DNA from: Jimgerdemannia flammicorona
Lineage: Eukaryota
Length of the DNA stretch: 34,210 nucleotides
Direction: 5' to 3'
NCBI GenBank assembly: GCA_003990765.1
Contig: RBNJ01000283.1
Location: 1 to 34,210 of the forward strand
Position numbers and translations under genes: made by a program. Position 1 is the first letter of the stretch, and every line of letters starts with the position of its first letter. This document shows, piece after piece, positions 34,084-34,210 of this stretch. The notes under the pieces are model-generated. The model worked only from the letters and a program-made list of their open reading frames with translations, was not told the origin of the DNA and ran no database searches.

Positions 34084-34210
34084 TGTAAGAGGATTACTTT
34101 TTAGGGTAACCGTTACGTAGTTCTGGAAGGGTTTTCTGGATATTCTGGATATTCTGGAAGACCGTTTTCTTATGGTCAAGATCAATTTCGTATGGAGTAC
34201 GTCCTCTACG
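34084..34210. repeat. Possible start of a further, younger LTR truncated by the window end
   Basis: TGTAAG start, CpG reappears, TTCTGGA(TA) short repeats. Confidence 0.3.

Overview
Eukaryotic, most likely fungal DNA (Mucoromycota-like by inference from the lipase and short GT-AG introns). The window is mostly decayed Ty3/gypsy LTR retrotransposons around one CpG-rich island carrying an intact 5-exon secreted class 3 lipase gene (18214-19594, minus). Three full-length gypsy copies are present: A (383-8775, +, ~1.56 kb LTRs), B (10477-17175, +) and D (24463-31194, -, same family as B). A and B each sit inside one LTR of an older non-autonomous LTR element C (237-17525, -). There is also a solo LTR (32626-33480) and a MITE-like inverted-repeat element (~23365-23776). 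Reading through decay-type stop codons, the gypsy elements share an unusual layout: gag(CCHC)-protease-Cys/His motif-dUTPase-RT-RNaseH in ORF1; integrase in a separate +1 frame ORF whose start overlaps the ORF1 stop (ATGAATAA) in all three copies; and an uncharacterised accessory ORF. That ORF lies between integrase and the PPT in B/D, and a homologous ORF lies inside the LTR itself in A. All alignments were done by eye; no database searches were possible.
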